This document shows, piece by piece, positions 13,535 through 26,475 of a DNA stretch of 64,000 bases. The first letter of the stretch is position 1, and every line of letters starts with the position of its first letter. The translations under genes and the position numbers were made by a program. The stretch comes from Octopus sinensis (taxonomy: Eukaryota): NCBI RefSeq assembly GCF_006345805.1, contig NC_043000.1, positions 68,448,001 through 68,512,000 on the forward strand, given 5' to 3'. The notes below the pieces were generated by a model, which did no database searches, had not been told where the DNA came from, and was given only the letters and a program-made list of their open reading frames with translations.

Positions 13535-14149
13535 TATAGGCAAATTTGTTGTTGAAAATGCACCTAAATTTGAAAAACTTGTAATTGTTTTAAAATAAAT
13601 TTATTTACATATATACCAAACTAGTTTCAACAATATTTTTTGTTTATCAATGGTAAGAATTTAGAATTATGAATTATAAAAACATGTTTAAAAGTTTCAT
13701 TTGTTGACAAGTTTAAATGTTCATAGCAGTCAATAATATAAAAATTGTGCATCAGCTTGCTTAAATGTACAAAGTTTATTAGTGTTGGTAGTGATCGACA
13801 GGTAATAAATATCATCAAAGTTTTAGTCATACTGAGTTAAGCAGGAGAAAAACAAGGGAGAAATGAAGATAGTAAAAAATGAATTTGGTTTACAATTTCT
13901 CTGATTCTCTTTCCGTTTTGTGGAGGAACTTTCGCTTGTAACGGTGTGTTTTGGAATCCGATATATTTAAACTTATAAGCATTGAAACTTTTAAGCATGT
14001 TTTTCTAATTCATAATTCTAAATTCTTACCATTGATAAACAAAAAACATTGTTCAAACTAGTTTGGTATATATGTAAAAAAAATTATTTTAAACATTTAC
14101 AAGTTTTTCAAATTCAGGTGCATTTTCAACAACAAATTTGCCTCTATAA
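13535..14149. mobile_element. Long-TIR MITE (about 165-bp arms), superfamily undetermined
   Basis: ggcaaatttgttgttgaaaatgcacc...aaaagtttca (13539-13700) is the reverse complement of 13983-14143. TATA occurs at both outer edges. Confidence 0.85.
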
Positions 14150-14209
<60 letters not shown>

Positions 14210-14559
14210 CTTCTGGAGCATCCGTCGTTGAAGGTTGGCCATTTATCTGCATTTTGCCGAAGAATGGCGGTTGCCCATTCCTCTTTCCCCATTGGTTTCA
14301 GTAGCATCGCAAGTATTCCTTTCAAAATGCAAAGGACCGAAACAGATACAATAAGGCATCTCGTCCAATATTCTAGTAGTTCCTTTGATCTACTACTCTG
14401 GATTTTTACTCTTTTATTGACCCTGAAAGGGCTAAAAAGCAAAATTGATCGCAACGGTATTTTAACTGTATATATTGCACGTTCACGGGGTCACACTAGT
14501 TTTATCCTGCTTTAACCTCCTACACTTCGGACTTACTTCTACCTGAAATTTCTGCACCT

Positions 14560-15010
14560 CTCCTCATCTATATACCAGTATTCCACCTGGAGTACTACGG
14601 ATATACATATGGACTTCACTTGACTTCACCTCCATCGATGAATATCGCTCCAATACATGTTTGAACATTTTTGAACTTTTTTGAACTTTCTGTTTTTCAT
14701 TTCTATATTTAAGAGACGAGGAATTAAGTATATTATTTATATTTGACGGATATTTGTCCTCATCTTGTTTGTTGTTAACACAACGTTTCGACTGATATAC
14801 CCTCCAGCCTTCATCAGGTGTCTTGGGGAAATTTCGAACCTGGGTTCTCATTCCTAAGATATTTTTCGATATTATTATAATTATTGTTATTGTTGTTGTT
14901 GTTGTTATTGTTGTTTTGTTGTTTTCAAAACGGACAGACGTGTCTCCAGATGCTGTAGGTTTTTTGCCAATTTTTACTGGAAATATTGTTGAACACCTTT
15001 ATATTTTTTA
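14560..15010 (-). mobile_element. 3' end and pseudo-LTR of a Penelope-like element
   Basis: Contains a canonical minimal hammerhead. The minus strand near 14930-15010 resembles a decayed PLE C-terminus (...YSIWRHVC). Same orientation as the PLE at 22028-23620. Confidence 0.6.
14777..14822 (-). ncRNA. Minimal type I hammerhead ribozyme with canonical core
   Basis: Minus strand reads GACAC-CTGATGA-A-GGCTG-GAGGGTATAT-CAGTC-GAAAC-GTT^GTGTT. Stem I is GACAC/GTGTT, stem II is GGCTG/CAGTC, and stem III is the palindrome AACGTT. Confidence 0.8.
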
Positions 15011-15891
15011 ATATTTGTGTAGCCAAGGCGACTGGTCTCTTGCTGAGCTAGTCGGTTAGGCGGAATTTCCCCCTTTTAGGGGCGAAATTTTCGTTTCAAA
15101 AATTTTGAAATTTTGTATTGAAACATACATATTTTGCCAAAGTGTCTTTGAAGAGAACAGTAAGACCAACAACAAAACCCATTGTAACGGTTTCGTATCC
15201 GTAGCTAAGCAAAGCTCGGAATAAATCAAGATTACAATGGATGAAATAAAAAATGCAAAGGAATTTTTAAGAAAGGGTGGAAACAATGTTTTCCTTAACA
15301 CTCCACAACAACTAATACAACAGACCAACAAAAGGACAATAATCTACAAAATGTTTAATCTCAAACATAAAAAATTGAAGGGGCACTGAAGCCCATATGG
15401 GGCAAAAAACTATTTCGTTACTAAGGGGAAGCGAACAGTAGAAGTTCGCTTCCCAGCTGAAGAGGATTCAAAACAGCATTCGACAACACCCCTCAAAACT
15501 GAGGATTTGCTGCTCGTGCCGACATACCTTGGCGCGCAACCACGATAAAAATTGAACTAGTGCCTCCTGAACTAAATATATGCTGGCTAGTGGCAGCTGT
15601 CCTCTTCGACATAGAAGACACTGTCACTATTTTGAAAATACACAAATTGCACAGCCAAAACTGGTAGGGTATAGGTATGCAACTCCTTGTTCAAATTGAC
15701 CAAGAAAGCATAAATGCCATACCCGACTATATAAATTTGCCGGACGGCACAAGGCTGCATGTTGCTGTAGAGGTGCGAATGCCAAAGTGCTACCTCTGCA
15801 GCAGCGAAAAGCATTTAAAAGTAGACTGCCCCGTTTAAAAGGAAATAATGGAGGCGGAGAGAAAAAAGAAGTCGCCAAAAACATCTCCAGT

Positions 15892-15931
<40 letters not shown>

Positions 15932-15951
15932 GTAATTCCAGCCGGTAGTTG

Positions 15952-17792
15952 TTGGTTGAGAACTGTTCGTGGCCAATTGGCACGCCCAACACCACTGGGA
16001 GGTCGTTCTCGAGTTGAGAACGCCCAACACCACGGTGGGGGTCGTTCTTGAGTGACGAGGTGAAACTGTTTAATGAACGCATCTTAAAATCATCGGGGAA
16101 AACGATTGGCTTGAAGGCGGTTAGGATGTCAAATGAGTGCTGGAGAACACGTGAAATTGCCAAAGCAGAAAAAGAAAGGGATGTCATCCGCGAAAGAGTG
16201 GAGATTCGCACGGACGAGTTCCGGGAGCAAGATGAGAAATTGAAAGAGTTGATCAAAGAAAGAAGGCTAGAGATTTGGCAAAGGAAGGTAACATCTATGA
16301 AAGGAATGTGGAGAGTTCTGTGCAGTCCGACTAACCACGTAGAGAAGACCCAGCACGAATAATCACAGAGGGAGACAAAAAGTATGTTACTCATCTTGAG
16401 AAGGCGAATGGTTTTGCGAGGTACTACCAGTCTGCAAGTTCCCTCAAGATTGCCAAAGAAGACAGAGGCATGAAAGGTGTAACAAATGGTTTTCTCCGTA
16501 AGCACCAAGATGACTCAGAAATAAGCAAAGAGTTCACTAAAAGCGAGGTCGCAGCTGCAATCAATAGTCTGAATCCTTCCAAAGCAGCGGGTCCAGATTA
16601 TATCCACCCACGCCTTCTGCACCACATTTGGAGCAATGCCCTAAAAGCTCTAACAGACATCTACAACTAGTCCTGGGCCTCACTCCAAGTCCCGCAGGAA
16701 TGGTGCAATGCAGACATACGGCCTATGCTCAAACCGGGGAAAAACCCGAACCAATTTTCCAGGTCGATCTCGCTTACCTCAGTAGTGGTCAATGTGATGG
16801 AACGTCTAGTGTGCAATAGATTGCGGTACATCATAGAAAGTAACAGGCTCTTAACCGAAGATCAAGCAGGTTTTAGGCCAAGAAGGAGGACCGAAGATCA
16901 ACTCCTCAGATTGTCCCAGACGATTAATGATGGCGTCCAACAGAAACCAATGGCAAGAACGGTGATGGCGTTGATTGAATTCTCAAAAGCGTATGATGGG
17001 GTTTGGCGGGATGCTTTAATCAATAAGATGGCAAAGAAGTAAATTCCAATATATATCATCAGATGGATCCAAGCGTGGCTGGCAAACAGAATGAACTGGG
17101 TTTCGTATGAGGGCAAGCGAAGCAAGAAGCTGGTATTCAAGGAAAGTGTACCTCAGGGTTCTGTGCTTTCTCCGCTACTTTTCCTGCTCTACATTGATGA
17201 CTTGGATGATGAAAGAGAAGTTGTTGAGTTACTCCACACTCTTCATCAACAAGAATGCGACCTGACGTTCATGTGGTGCCCCAGTCATCGCGGGATCGTA
17301 GGGAATGAGCTGGCGGATGAGAAAGCGAAAGAGAGATCTGAACAAGATCAAGAGGGGACAGATTGGCATTATGCAGCATCAAAGGCGGCTATCAAACGAT
17401 CGATAAAAATCCCTCCAATGCAGCATGAACGGTTGCGAAAGGTTTATGGTGAAAGAGGAGAAAAGCTCAATCGCATCGAGGAACGACAGTTGACTCGCCA
17501 AGAACAAGTCACGCTTAGCAGATTGCGAGGCGGCCACTATCCGGATTTGAGAAGCTGGCAGCACAAGATTGGAAGAATTGAGGACCCTATTTGCCGCAAT
17601 TGCAAAATGGGTGAAGAAACGGGAGAACACGTGTTGTTAGAGTGCCCAGTTATCCATCCGTCGATCCACAGTCAGCTGACGGACCCCGAGGCGATTGCGA
17701 AGGAGCCCAGACTGGCACTCAAGGTGTGGGAGAAATGACTGAAGATGGCGGAGAAGCAGGTGGTGATTGAGGAGCAGCACTAACCAACTATA
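15952..17792 (+). mobile_element. I/Ingi-like LINE with RNase H, internally deleted, nested in the Tx1 ORF1
   Basis: KAAGPDYIHP, DQAGFRPRR, FSKAYDGVW and PQGSVLSPLLFLLYIDDL are joined directly to RNase H C-terminus WCPSHRGIVGNELADEKAK, followed by CRNC...EHVLLECP. 13-bp TSD cagccRgtagttg at 15939-51 and 17793-805 (one mismatch). Confidence 0.85.
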
Positions 17793-18633
17793 CAGCCAGT
17801 AGTTGCTAAACAACAACAACAGCAACAGCAGCAACAACAACAGGAGATGTAGCGGAAGCAGAGAACGAAAGCTTCCGCACCACCACCACCAAAAGCGACA
17901 CCACCTCCAACCATCACCAGACCGACACCAACAACAATGCACCGAACAGGACAAGTATACCTTCACTACCACCACCAACAACAACACCAATTTCAGCAGA
18001 AATAACACCAACAACAACAACAGATAAAACTGCATTTAAAAATACTGAAACAGACCCCAAAGACATCCCTTTTCTCGACCAAATCAGCTCGGACAGTGCG
18101 AGTACTAATAGTGAGAAAGGAGAGTGGCACACAGTGCCTCCGAAAAAGAAAAGAAAAAAGAAGTGTAAAGAAACAGCTGACAAAGTGGGGAGGTACGAGA
18201 AAGTAGAGCTTCCCAACAACAACAGCAACAACATGCACTCACAACACTTAGCAACACCTTCTCCAGCACTACCACCGCAAACACCAACACAAATTACAAC
18301 ACACACAGACACCACCACCACCAAGACCAACATCACAGCAATAAACACGAACAATGAACACTTTGTCACATACTTGAAAGAAAATACAATGGCAGATTTT
18401 GTCATACGCACACACAACACACCACCAGCACACATACTTTGAAAATATCTAGTGAGAACTACGAAATAATTAAGATCAAATTTCCAAATGATGTTGGGTC
18501 GCTTGGAAAAAATTCCTCGAAAAAACTTTACAAAAATCTGGTGGAAATACCCACACAAAAGTATAAGGGAGCCACCCCACCAGACAACAGCGGTAAGTAG
18601 AAGTTTTTTCTCCTTCATAAATCTTTTTAAAAC

Positions 18634-21600
18634 ATGGCTGTGCTCAGAATCGGTCGCATAAATGTGAGTGGCTTCGGGTCGCCTAGGAAACAAGGTCACC
18701 TCTTAAACGACCTGAGGTCTTACAGTGTGGATATAGCAGCCATTAGCGAAACTAGGCTCTCCGACTCGCGGGAACTCGCAGCTCTTTTCGGCGGATACGA
18801 GACTTTTCTATCTCATGTCGGCCGGGAGCTGGCGGTAGTAGTACTGCGATGCTATTCCGGAAAGGCCTGGATTTTAAAATGAAGGCAGTCTTCCTAGATC
18901 CAGAGGATAAGTTGGTGGTCCTGGATGTGGACAGTAGTGACGGAAGTGCCTTCAGACAGTTGGCTGCCTACGCTCCGACAGGAGCAAGGCAGTCGGATTA
19001 TTTCAAGCGTCTGGAGGTTTTCCTGGGCGCGTCTCGCACTTTAGTGCTAGTAGGGGATTGGAACGCTTAGACGAACGTTTCGGTAGGGTGGGTGTGGGAG
19101 CATCTGATAGGAGAGGAGGTGCAAAAGCCTCGCCAACCTACTTAGACGCTTTCAGCTGTCTGGCAGGTATCGTCTAGACAACCCGAATGTGCCAATGTGG
19201 ACTTGGACTAATAGCATCGGGTCGTCTAGATCGTACTTAGAGTTTTCTGTAGGCCAGCGGATAAGGACAACATATGGTGTCCACAATTCCACATAGTCGG
19301 TTACATAGACCACAAATTCGTGATCTGTACGGTCAACTTAGATAGGCTCCATAGACAGGGTTCCGGTTACTGGAAACTAAACGCGTCGTTAACGGCGTGC
19401 AAAGCTTACAAAGACCGGATTAGTTTATTAGTTAAGCGGGCATTGACAGGTGCAATCATCAATAACAACTAGTGGTTTGCTCTCAAGAGGGCAATTAGAG
19501 CAGAATCGATTAGGTTTAGTAAGGCTTTAGCTGTAGAACGAAAGAAAACAGAGTGGGATTTAGTTAGAAATTTAGACGAGGCTATTAGAACATGCATCGC
19601 AACCGACCTGTTGGCAGCCAGGTTCGCTCTCGACCACCACTTCGACGCCAGACACGAAGGCTGCGTTGTCAGAGCACATTCGGTAAGCAGGGAAGGGACT
19701 AATGCCGCTCGATGGGTCCGCGTGGAGGAGGTGAAGCGTGGCAACAAAGCGACCATTCGGTCTTTGGTCGACCAGAACGGGCGCCAGGTGTTCGAACCGA
19801 AGCAGATGTGTGCGGCCTTTCAGCAGCACTTTGCTCGACTGTTCGGGACGAGCTGTGGGGTGGACAACGGGACAGACTTCGGTGTGTAACTGGATGGCCT
19901 GCCGCGACTCTCGGCCAACGAGGCGGAGTGCTGCGAAAGATCGATATCTGCCTAGGAAGTAGAGGAAACGATGAAAAGCTGCACGAGAGGCAGATCGTCG
20001 ATTTGGGATGGTCTACCTTACGAGCTTTACATTTCGATGCGGGCCTCTTGGCAGACGTCTACTGCGACTGGCAACAAAACGGGAGAATCCCTGCTTTTGT
20101 TTGTCGAGTGGTGGTGGCACAGCTGAGAAAGCACACAAACAAGGGGGACGTGATAGAGAATTCCAGACTATTCACTCTGCTCAATGTAGCGTTGAAGATT
20201 TTGGCCAAGGTACTAGACAAGAGGTTGGCGCTTGTCGTGGACAAGGTGATTGGCAAGGCGCAGACATGCGCCGTGCCGACCAAGTATATCCACGATAACC
20301 TCCATCTTATGCGCTACATCATAGAGAGGGTGGATAACAAAGTTGGCACGGGTGGGACTTTGATCAATTTAGACCAGTCTAAAGCCTTCGATAGGGTCGA
20401 CCATCGATACTTGGCAGCTGTTCTCAAAGCAACCGGTTTCGGTCCGGTCTTCCGTGGGTCGATCGCTATTTTGTACAGCGGCATATGCTCGGTCATACGG
20501 GGGCACGGTCATCTTTCGGAGCCGTACAACATCTCGCGTTCGGTCCGCGAAGGATGCCCTCTCTCCTCCCTCCTGTACTTATTGACTCTCGAGCCATTGC
20601 TGCAGAAGTTGGAGGCTTTGAAGGGTGTCCCGCGTGATCTGGGATGTGGAAAGAACGTGTCTTCCTATGCCGACGACGTCACCATGACGGTGTCGAGCCA
20701 CAGGCACATCAACCTGATTGGCATGACACTAATAGAGTACAAACAGGTGACAGGTGCAAAAATTAACGGGGAAAAATCGGTGGAGGGACAAGTCCATGCC
20801 GTCCAACAGCGTCGTGGGGCGCTGGACAAACGATTCCGTTAAACTGCTCGGAGTCTGGTTCGGTCCGGACCTCCAGACTGAGAAAAACTGGGACGAGGTG
20901 TCAAATAGAGTGGCCAATCTCACCTAGAAATGGGCCGAGAGGAAGCTGTCCCTGAAAGGTCGAGCAGAAATGATGACTGCGTACATCGTATCCGTCATCT
21001 ATTACCGCTTGACCGTCGTCCCTTCTCCCGACTGCTGGTTGGCCAAGCTGGTGTGCTTGCTCTTCGACTTTTTGTGGAAGGGTCATGTACCACTGGTCAG
21101 GCGCTCCATCTGCTCTCAACAGCTGCTGAACGGAGGCCTCAGCATGCCGTGGTCACTGATGCGCAGACTTGCGCTCAGGCTATGGCATCTCAAGCGTTTC
21201 CTGGACGGTGAGCAGGTGTGGGTCGCCGTTCAGCAGATTCTTCTTTCCACAGCTCGTCTCTTTGACCGAGCGGCAATCTTGGATCAAATGTAGACCGAGA
21301 AAGGGCGTCAAGCTCTCACTGCCAGGCGGGCAATGCGATCGGTAGCAGTTCCACTCTAGCGTTCTATAGAGGGTTAGTGTAGGAAACGTGCGACGACGTT
21401 CTCACTCTAGGCGTCGACGATGACCAACTAAGCAGTCTGTTTGGCAGAACTTTCAGCCCGGGGCCCATGGATTACTTCAAAAAGCTCCTCGCCTGACAAC
21501 GCTACCGAGGGGCGCTACCTGTTCGGAATAAACTCAACCTGCTCGAGGTGCGCTCAGAGCGACGAAACCGTTCTGCACGCACTCATCCAGTGCCCAAGTA

Positions 21601-21934
21601 TTGCTGACCTGTGGGTTTATGTCGAACAGCTACTGTCGCGTGTAGGACGGATCTGACCATCAGCTGAATCCACAGTGAAAATTGCCCCGCCGACTTCCTT
21701 TAACTGGGAGAAAAAGGCAATTTTCATTTGTTTAGTGACCGTATGGTGGACCCGTTTGAAAGGGCTAAAGTCAAACACTTTCCTCTTTGGCCAATGCCTC
21801 ATCAACTTTTCAAGTTTCACTTGAAAAGGAAGGTAGAAAGGGAAGTGTTGGCTCGTAGCAAATTTATTGACAGGTGGGTGAATACCGGAAGAATGGCCAG
21901 TATGAACGGACCAAATCTGAGATTACACCTGTAA
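18634..21934 (+). pseudogene. Tx1 ORF2 (APE endonuclease, RT, zinc knuckle), disrupted
   Basis: Domains are colinear across ORF fragments 18634-18882, 18849-19070, 19611-19889, 19712-20842, 20970-21293 and 21441-21934. Confidence 0.9.
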
Positions 21935-22027
21935 AAAAAAGGAATATAAAAGAGGAAGGGGCTCTCTCCCCGTTTTTGACCAGGCTCCTGTGGCTTTTAT
22001 GGGGTTTTCCATGAGTAACCTTTCAAA

Positions 22028-23620
22028 GCGCAGTTTTTGGTCATATTCACTTCTATTGGTTTTACTCGAAGGAGATGTTTGCGAAATGTATTACTCTTGA
22101 ATACTGTCCTGATGTCATATGGGTCGCATATCTTTTCAGGGTAGACAGACTGTGGACAGTTTATAGGTTTCATCCTCTCATAATTGGAGTAGATAATATG
22201 TTTTGGGGGCAGTTGTTGCTTGATAGATTTTTACTGAGCTTGATCATTTCTTCATGGTGTGTATCATGATCGCTACTTATATTCTTTGCACGATGTTTTA
22301 GGCACTGAACAATCCCTCTCTTTACACTGTATGGATGGAGGGAATTGAAGTTGAGGTATCGTCCAGTGAAGGTCGGCTTGCGGTATATGGATGTCCTGAA
22401 TCCATACTTGATGCGTATTATTGATACGCCCAGGAATGCTAGCTGATTGTCTTTTTCCTTTTCCATTGTGAACTGTATAGATGGCTTTATTGAGTTCACA
22501 TGATCTAACAGCACTTGGACATTTTCCTGGTGGGGCCAGAGTATACAGGTGTCATCAATATATCGTAGCCAAAGTGTTGGTTTTAGTGATGTTGATTCTA
22601 AAGCCAAATTTTCAAAGTATTCCGTGTATATATTATCGGTGATAATGGCGAACCTATAGCTAAACTATCTTCTTGTCGATATATATCAGTGTCCATACTG
22701 AAGTAGGTAGTTTCTACACAGAAGGTCAGCATTTCATTCAAGTTTCTTATTGGTATACTAGTGCGTTCTTTTAGATGAGTGTCTGTCACTAGTTTCTCTT
22801 GGATCACCGATAGTGATTCACCAGTTGGGACTTTGGTGAACAGACTTATCACATCTAGACTCATCATTTGGTTGGATTTAATGGGGGTATCCTTGATCAA
22901 TTCTGTGAAGTGGGTGGAATTCTTAACGAACGATGTTGACTTTCCTGCTAATGAACTGATTATATCCACAAGGAAGCGGTTCAATGGATGACATGCTGAA
23001 CTTCTACAGCTCTTAATGGAATACCATCCTTCTAAATCTTAGGGAGACCGTACATGTGTGGTAGTTTACTGTAGTGTTGAGTCAGTTGTCTGTACTTCAT
23101 TGGTGTAAAGTGATCCTTGTTCTTGATCAAGATCTGTGACAACTTACTCTTTGTTTTCAGAGTTGGGTCTTTCTTCAATTTGCTGTAGCTACCATCACTT
23201 ATAAGACTTGCCAACTTTTCAGAGTAGTCAGACTTGTTCATCACCACTGTAGCATTTCCCTTGTCCGCTGGAAGTATTATCATGGAATTGTCACTCTGTA
23301 GTCCTTTGATAGCGAACCTTTCTTCCTTAGTGATGTTTGGTTTGGGAAGTTTCGCTTTTTCTAGTACCTGTCTCACTTTCCACCTTAGTTCATCTCCCTG
23401 AGCTTTTGTTATCTTTCCGGCTATCTCTTCAATAGGGGCTATTATGTCCAAGTATGGAATGTGCTTAATGGTTGTCGCAAAGTTGAGATCTTTGTTCAGT
23501 ACTGCTTCTTCAGAGCTTTCTAGATGTCGGCTACTTACATTAATTACTGCTTTCACAGGTGGGTGACGTACTTCAGTCTTCATTATCTGACCTTTGAGTT
23601 GCATAAACTACTTAATCTGG
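22028..23620 (-). mobile_element. Penelope-like element (Penelope/Poseidon type) RT region, truncated at the GIY-YIG
   Basis: Motifs ILPADKGNATVV, PHMYGLPKI, MMSLDVISLFTKVP, AIGSPLSP, WLRYIDDT, YRKPTFT and HPYSVKRG; the match ends at TKNC just before the GIY-YIG. Confidence 0.92.
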
Positions 23621-23747
23621 GGTGTCTTCACCATTTCAAATTCTTTCATGTACGACTTTTCCAGATGTAAATAATGTAAATTTCTGTTTTTTTCTTACTC
23701 TGTTTTCTCTTACTCAGTTTTCTCTTCATCCGTACGTTGTTACTTTG

Positions 23748-23815
<68 letters not shown>

Positions 23816-23879
23816 TCTCTTCTCTCTCTCACCCTCTCTCTCTCTCTTTCTCAATGAATAAGCACTGTCTCCAAAAGTT

Positions 23880-24033
23880 TTTTTTTTATTCTCTCTCTGT
23901 TTATTTCTTCGTGCTACTTTCTGTCGAAGAGCGTAGGCTCAAAACATAAAAGACATTCTCACCTTCCCGAGCGTCAAGCCTGCTCGTTGTTTATACACCT
24001 GTCTTCGATTTTTGTTTTTCCGTAAATTTCAAC
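23880..24033 (+). mobile_element. Solo PLE pseudo-LTR, family A
   Basis: Reverse-complement homology to 34706-34850 and 35671-35810; abuts (TA)n at 24034. Confidence 0.8.
23916..23953 (+). ncRNA. Family A hammerhead motif (CUGUCGA core; CpG-decayed copy)
   Basis: CTTT-CTGTCGA-A-GAGC-GTAG-GCTC-AAAA-CATA-AAAG. G12 and the stem-III G are changed to A, and both are at CpG positions. Confidence 0.6.
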
Positions 24034-24219
24034 TATATATATATATATATATATAACGCATGAACAGAGCCTGGAAAATTGCTTGGAGCTATATGGCATT
24101 GTCTATAGATATGTATATCTAAAGTAGTATAAAAGCAGGAAACTATTAGTAGCTCTTTTGGTTGTGCATTAAATTGATATTTATCTCTCTCTGGATGAAG
24201 TACATATTTTTGTTGGTGC

Positions 24220-24286
<67 letters not shown>

Positions 24287-24291
24287 GTCTA

Positions 24292-24322
<31 letters not shown>

Positions 24323-24333
24323 GTCTGTCTCTG

Positions 24334-24384
<51 letters not shown>

Positions 24385-24833
24385 CATTACCTCCCTCTCT
24401 CCCTCTCTTTCCCTCTCTCTAGTCCTGAGTATGAATTCAAACTGTATCCGGTAGTGGGAGCCTGGTACACGAATTCTATGGTTGTGAGGAGTGCAGAATC
24501 CACATCTTAGCCACTATTTTTCCCAGATCTATTCTTATCCAGAATAGTAGCACCTGTTAGGGTCCCATCTATGTATTAATTAGCATGTGAGTGAAGGACC
24601 CTTAATTCTCGTTAAAACTTCCCTCTAAGAGAAGGTAAGCTCGTATAAAAAAATAGGCTAAAGCGCGGTTGGTTTCTGGCCGTCTCAACCCCTGCTGTTT
24701 CACGGTTTTTATAACAGATTACGCTGAAAAGTGGATTCAATGCACTTTATCCACTTAAAAGAAACTTGCACAAGAACTTCGACACTAGTAATGTTTTCAG
24801 GGACTTTTCTACTCGGTCACAAGTTGAATTCTA

Positions 24834-25490
24834 CGATGTATGCATGAGAGTTGAACCGGAAATAATGCAAAAGTAGGTATATCTTCTTTATCAAATGACA
24901 TCGACGGTTCAAATCGCACAAATATGTCTACTTAACGCATTACTATCGCAAGTCATACATTTGAACTATCGTTGAATCAAACATTCGAATCCTGCTTGAG
25001 ATAATTTAGGCGTGCACTGATAAAACCCCTTCTTCATAGGCACTTTCACCTCGTCTGTGCGATCAAATAGTTGTCCCTGAAGACTATTCTTTACTGAACT
25101 GAAGAGATGAAAGTCGGAGGACAGCAGATCCGTGTGGTGCAGTGGATGGACGATTAATGGCCAACCCAATTTGCCGATTATCTCATATGTCGCTAAAGAT
25201 GTGTGTAATCGTGCGTGCCAGGGAGAATATAGTAAATTTCAGACTCTTGTTCGGACTCTTCCTCCTAATGGTCTGCGTGCCTCAAAGTACCACACTTTGT
25301 TCACAGAATAACTTCTTCCTAGAAAATCAAGGAAAATGATACCCCTCCCCGAAAAGTCACCATGATATTCTGTGCCCACCGCTTGCGCTTGAGCTTCCTT
25401 GGAGTGAAGGTGGGAAGCCATTCCACGCATGAACTGAGCTTTTGATTCCGGATAACAAAAATACACCCATGTTTTAGCTTTTACCGTTCT
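24834..25490 (-). mobile_element. Decayed mariner transposase fragment
   Basis: Minus strand gives TWVY..YPESKAQ, GIIFLDFL and GWPLIVHPLHHTDLLSSDFHLF (HPPYSPDLAPSDFHLF-like). Confidence 0.75.
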
Positions 25491-26475
25491 GGAAAAAACG
25501 TGTCTCCATTGGTCTCAAACACTTCCTGCAGATCAAAGATTTCTGTATTCCGACTTACATCTGAAAGTGGTTCCTGTATCTACATAGAATCCACTCTTTC
25601 TATCATTTACCTCTCTTGATAATGATCCACCACTACTACCAACCTTTTCCTCATTTCCTTTTAGTTCATCTGCTGGTTTTACAAGCCTTTTCTACTCCTC
25701 ACGTCAATATCAATTTTTGAGTATCTCAATGAAAGACGAAGCTTACAACATCTGTTTTTATGTAACACTGCGATACCTGCAACACGACCACAGCAAAAGC
25801 AAAGAGTGCCTCCATGCATAAATCGACTGCAAGAAGCTACCAAACAAATTGCTATTAAACTTTCTGATCTCTACCAGCTTCGGGAAATATTCATATTGAC
25901 CATTTCTCAGTGTAGATGGATCTCTTGGAAAAGTCTTATTGCTTACTACTTGCTTCTCCTTCGACACTAAATTACACGCCCTCAACCAAATTCTTCACAA
26001 AACCTCGTTCACTTATATGATGCATACATGCACGCATGCATGCATACATACATACATACATGCACACACGAACACGCATATATTATATCACGTATATATT
26101 ACATCATATATATTTTAGCCGTGCGAAGTATATATTTGTTTTATAGCGTATCTTATTATAATGTCACCATACTCTATTTCAGTATCCATGGTATGCCACT
26201 CATTAGCTGGTTGCCCTTCCTATTAAAAACCACTTAACTGTTAAATAGGAAAGATAATTACTGTCAGCTGGGGGTAAGTTAGAAAATATACCCTTTTTCT
26301 ATGTGTATATGATACACACATATCTATTATTATATGTATATACGTAATTATATATATATACATATATATGCATACATACATACATTCATACATACATATA
26401 TACATACATATACGTATGTATATCTATATTATATTGTATGTATGTGTGTGTGCATATATATATATATATACATGT

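Larger units (their letters stand above)
15020..22027 (+). mobile_element. Tx1-type (L1 clade) LINE, ORF1 plus ORF2, degraded, with a nested LINE in ORF1
   Basis: ORF1 has the knuckle CYLCSSEKHLKVDC and a Q/P/T-rich tail. ORF2 from 18634 has INVSGF...IAAISET, LVGDWNA, LDQSKAFDRVDH, VREGCPLS, SYADDVT and C-terminal CSRCAQSDETVLHALIQCP. Confidence 0.9.
23749..24380. repeat. (CT)n, (TA)n, (CTAT)n/(CTGT)n microsatellites
   Basis: Read directly. Confidence 0.95.

Noticed and set aside
15952-16055. Possible HDV-like ribozyme at the 5' end of the Ingi-like insert
   Set aside because: Hairpins are present but I could not build the nested double pseudoknot. The repeat translates as NAQHH, similar to the endonuclease GDFNAHH motif.
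15627-16508. 293-aa minus-strand ORF, and the similar 261-aa ORF at 17914-18699
   Set aside because: Antisense shadows of LINE sequence; the first crosses an insertion junction and neither has a recognisable domain.
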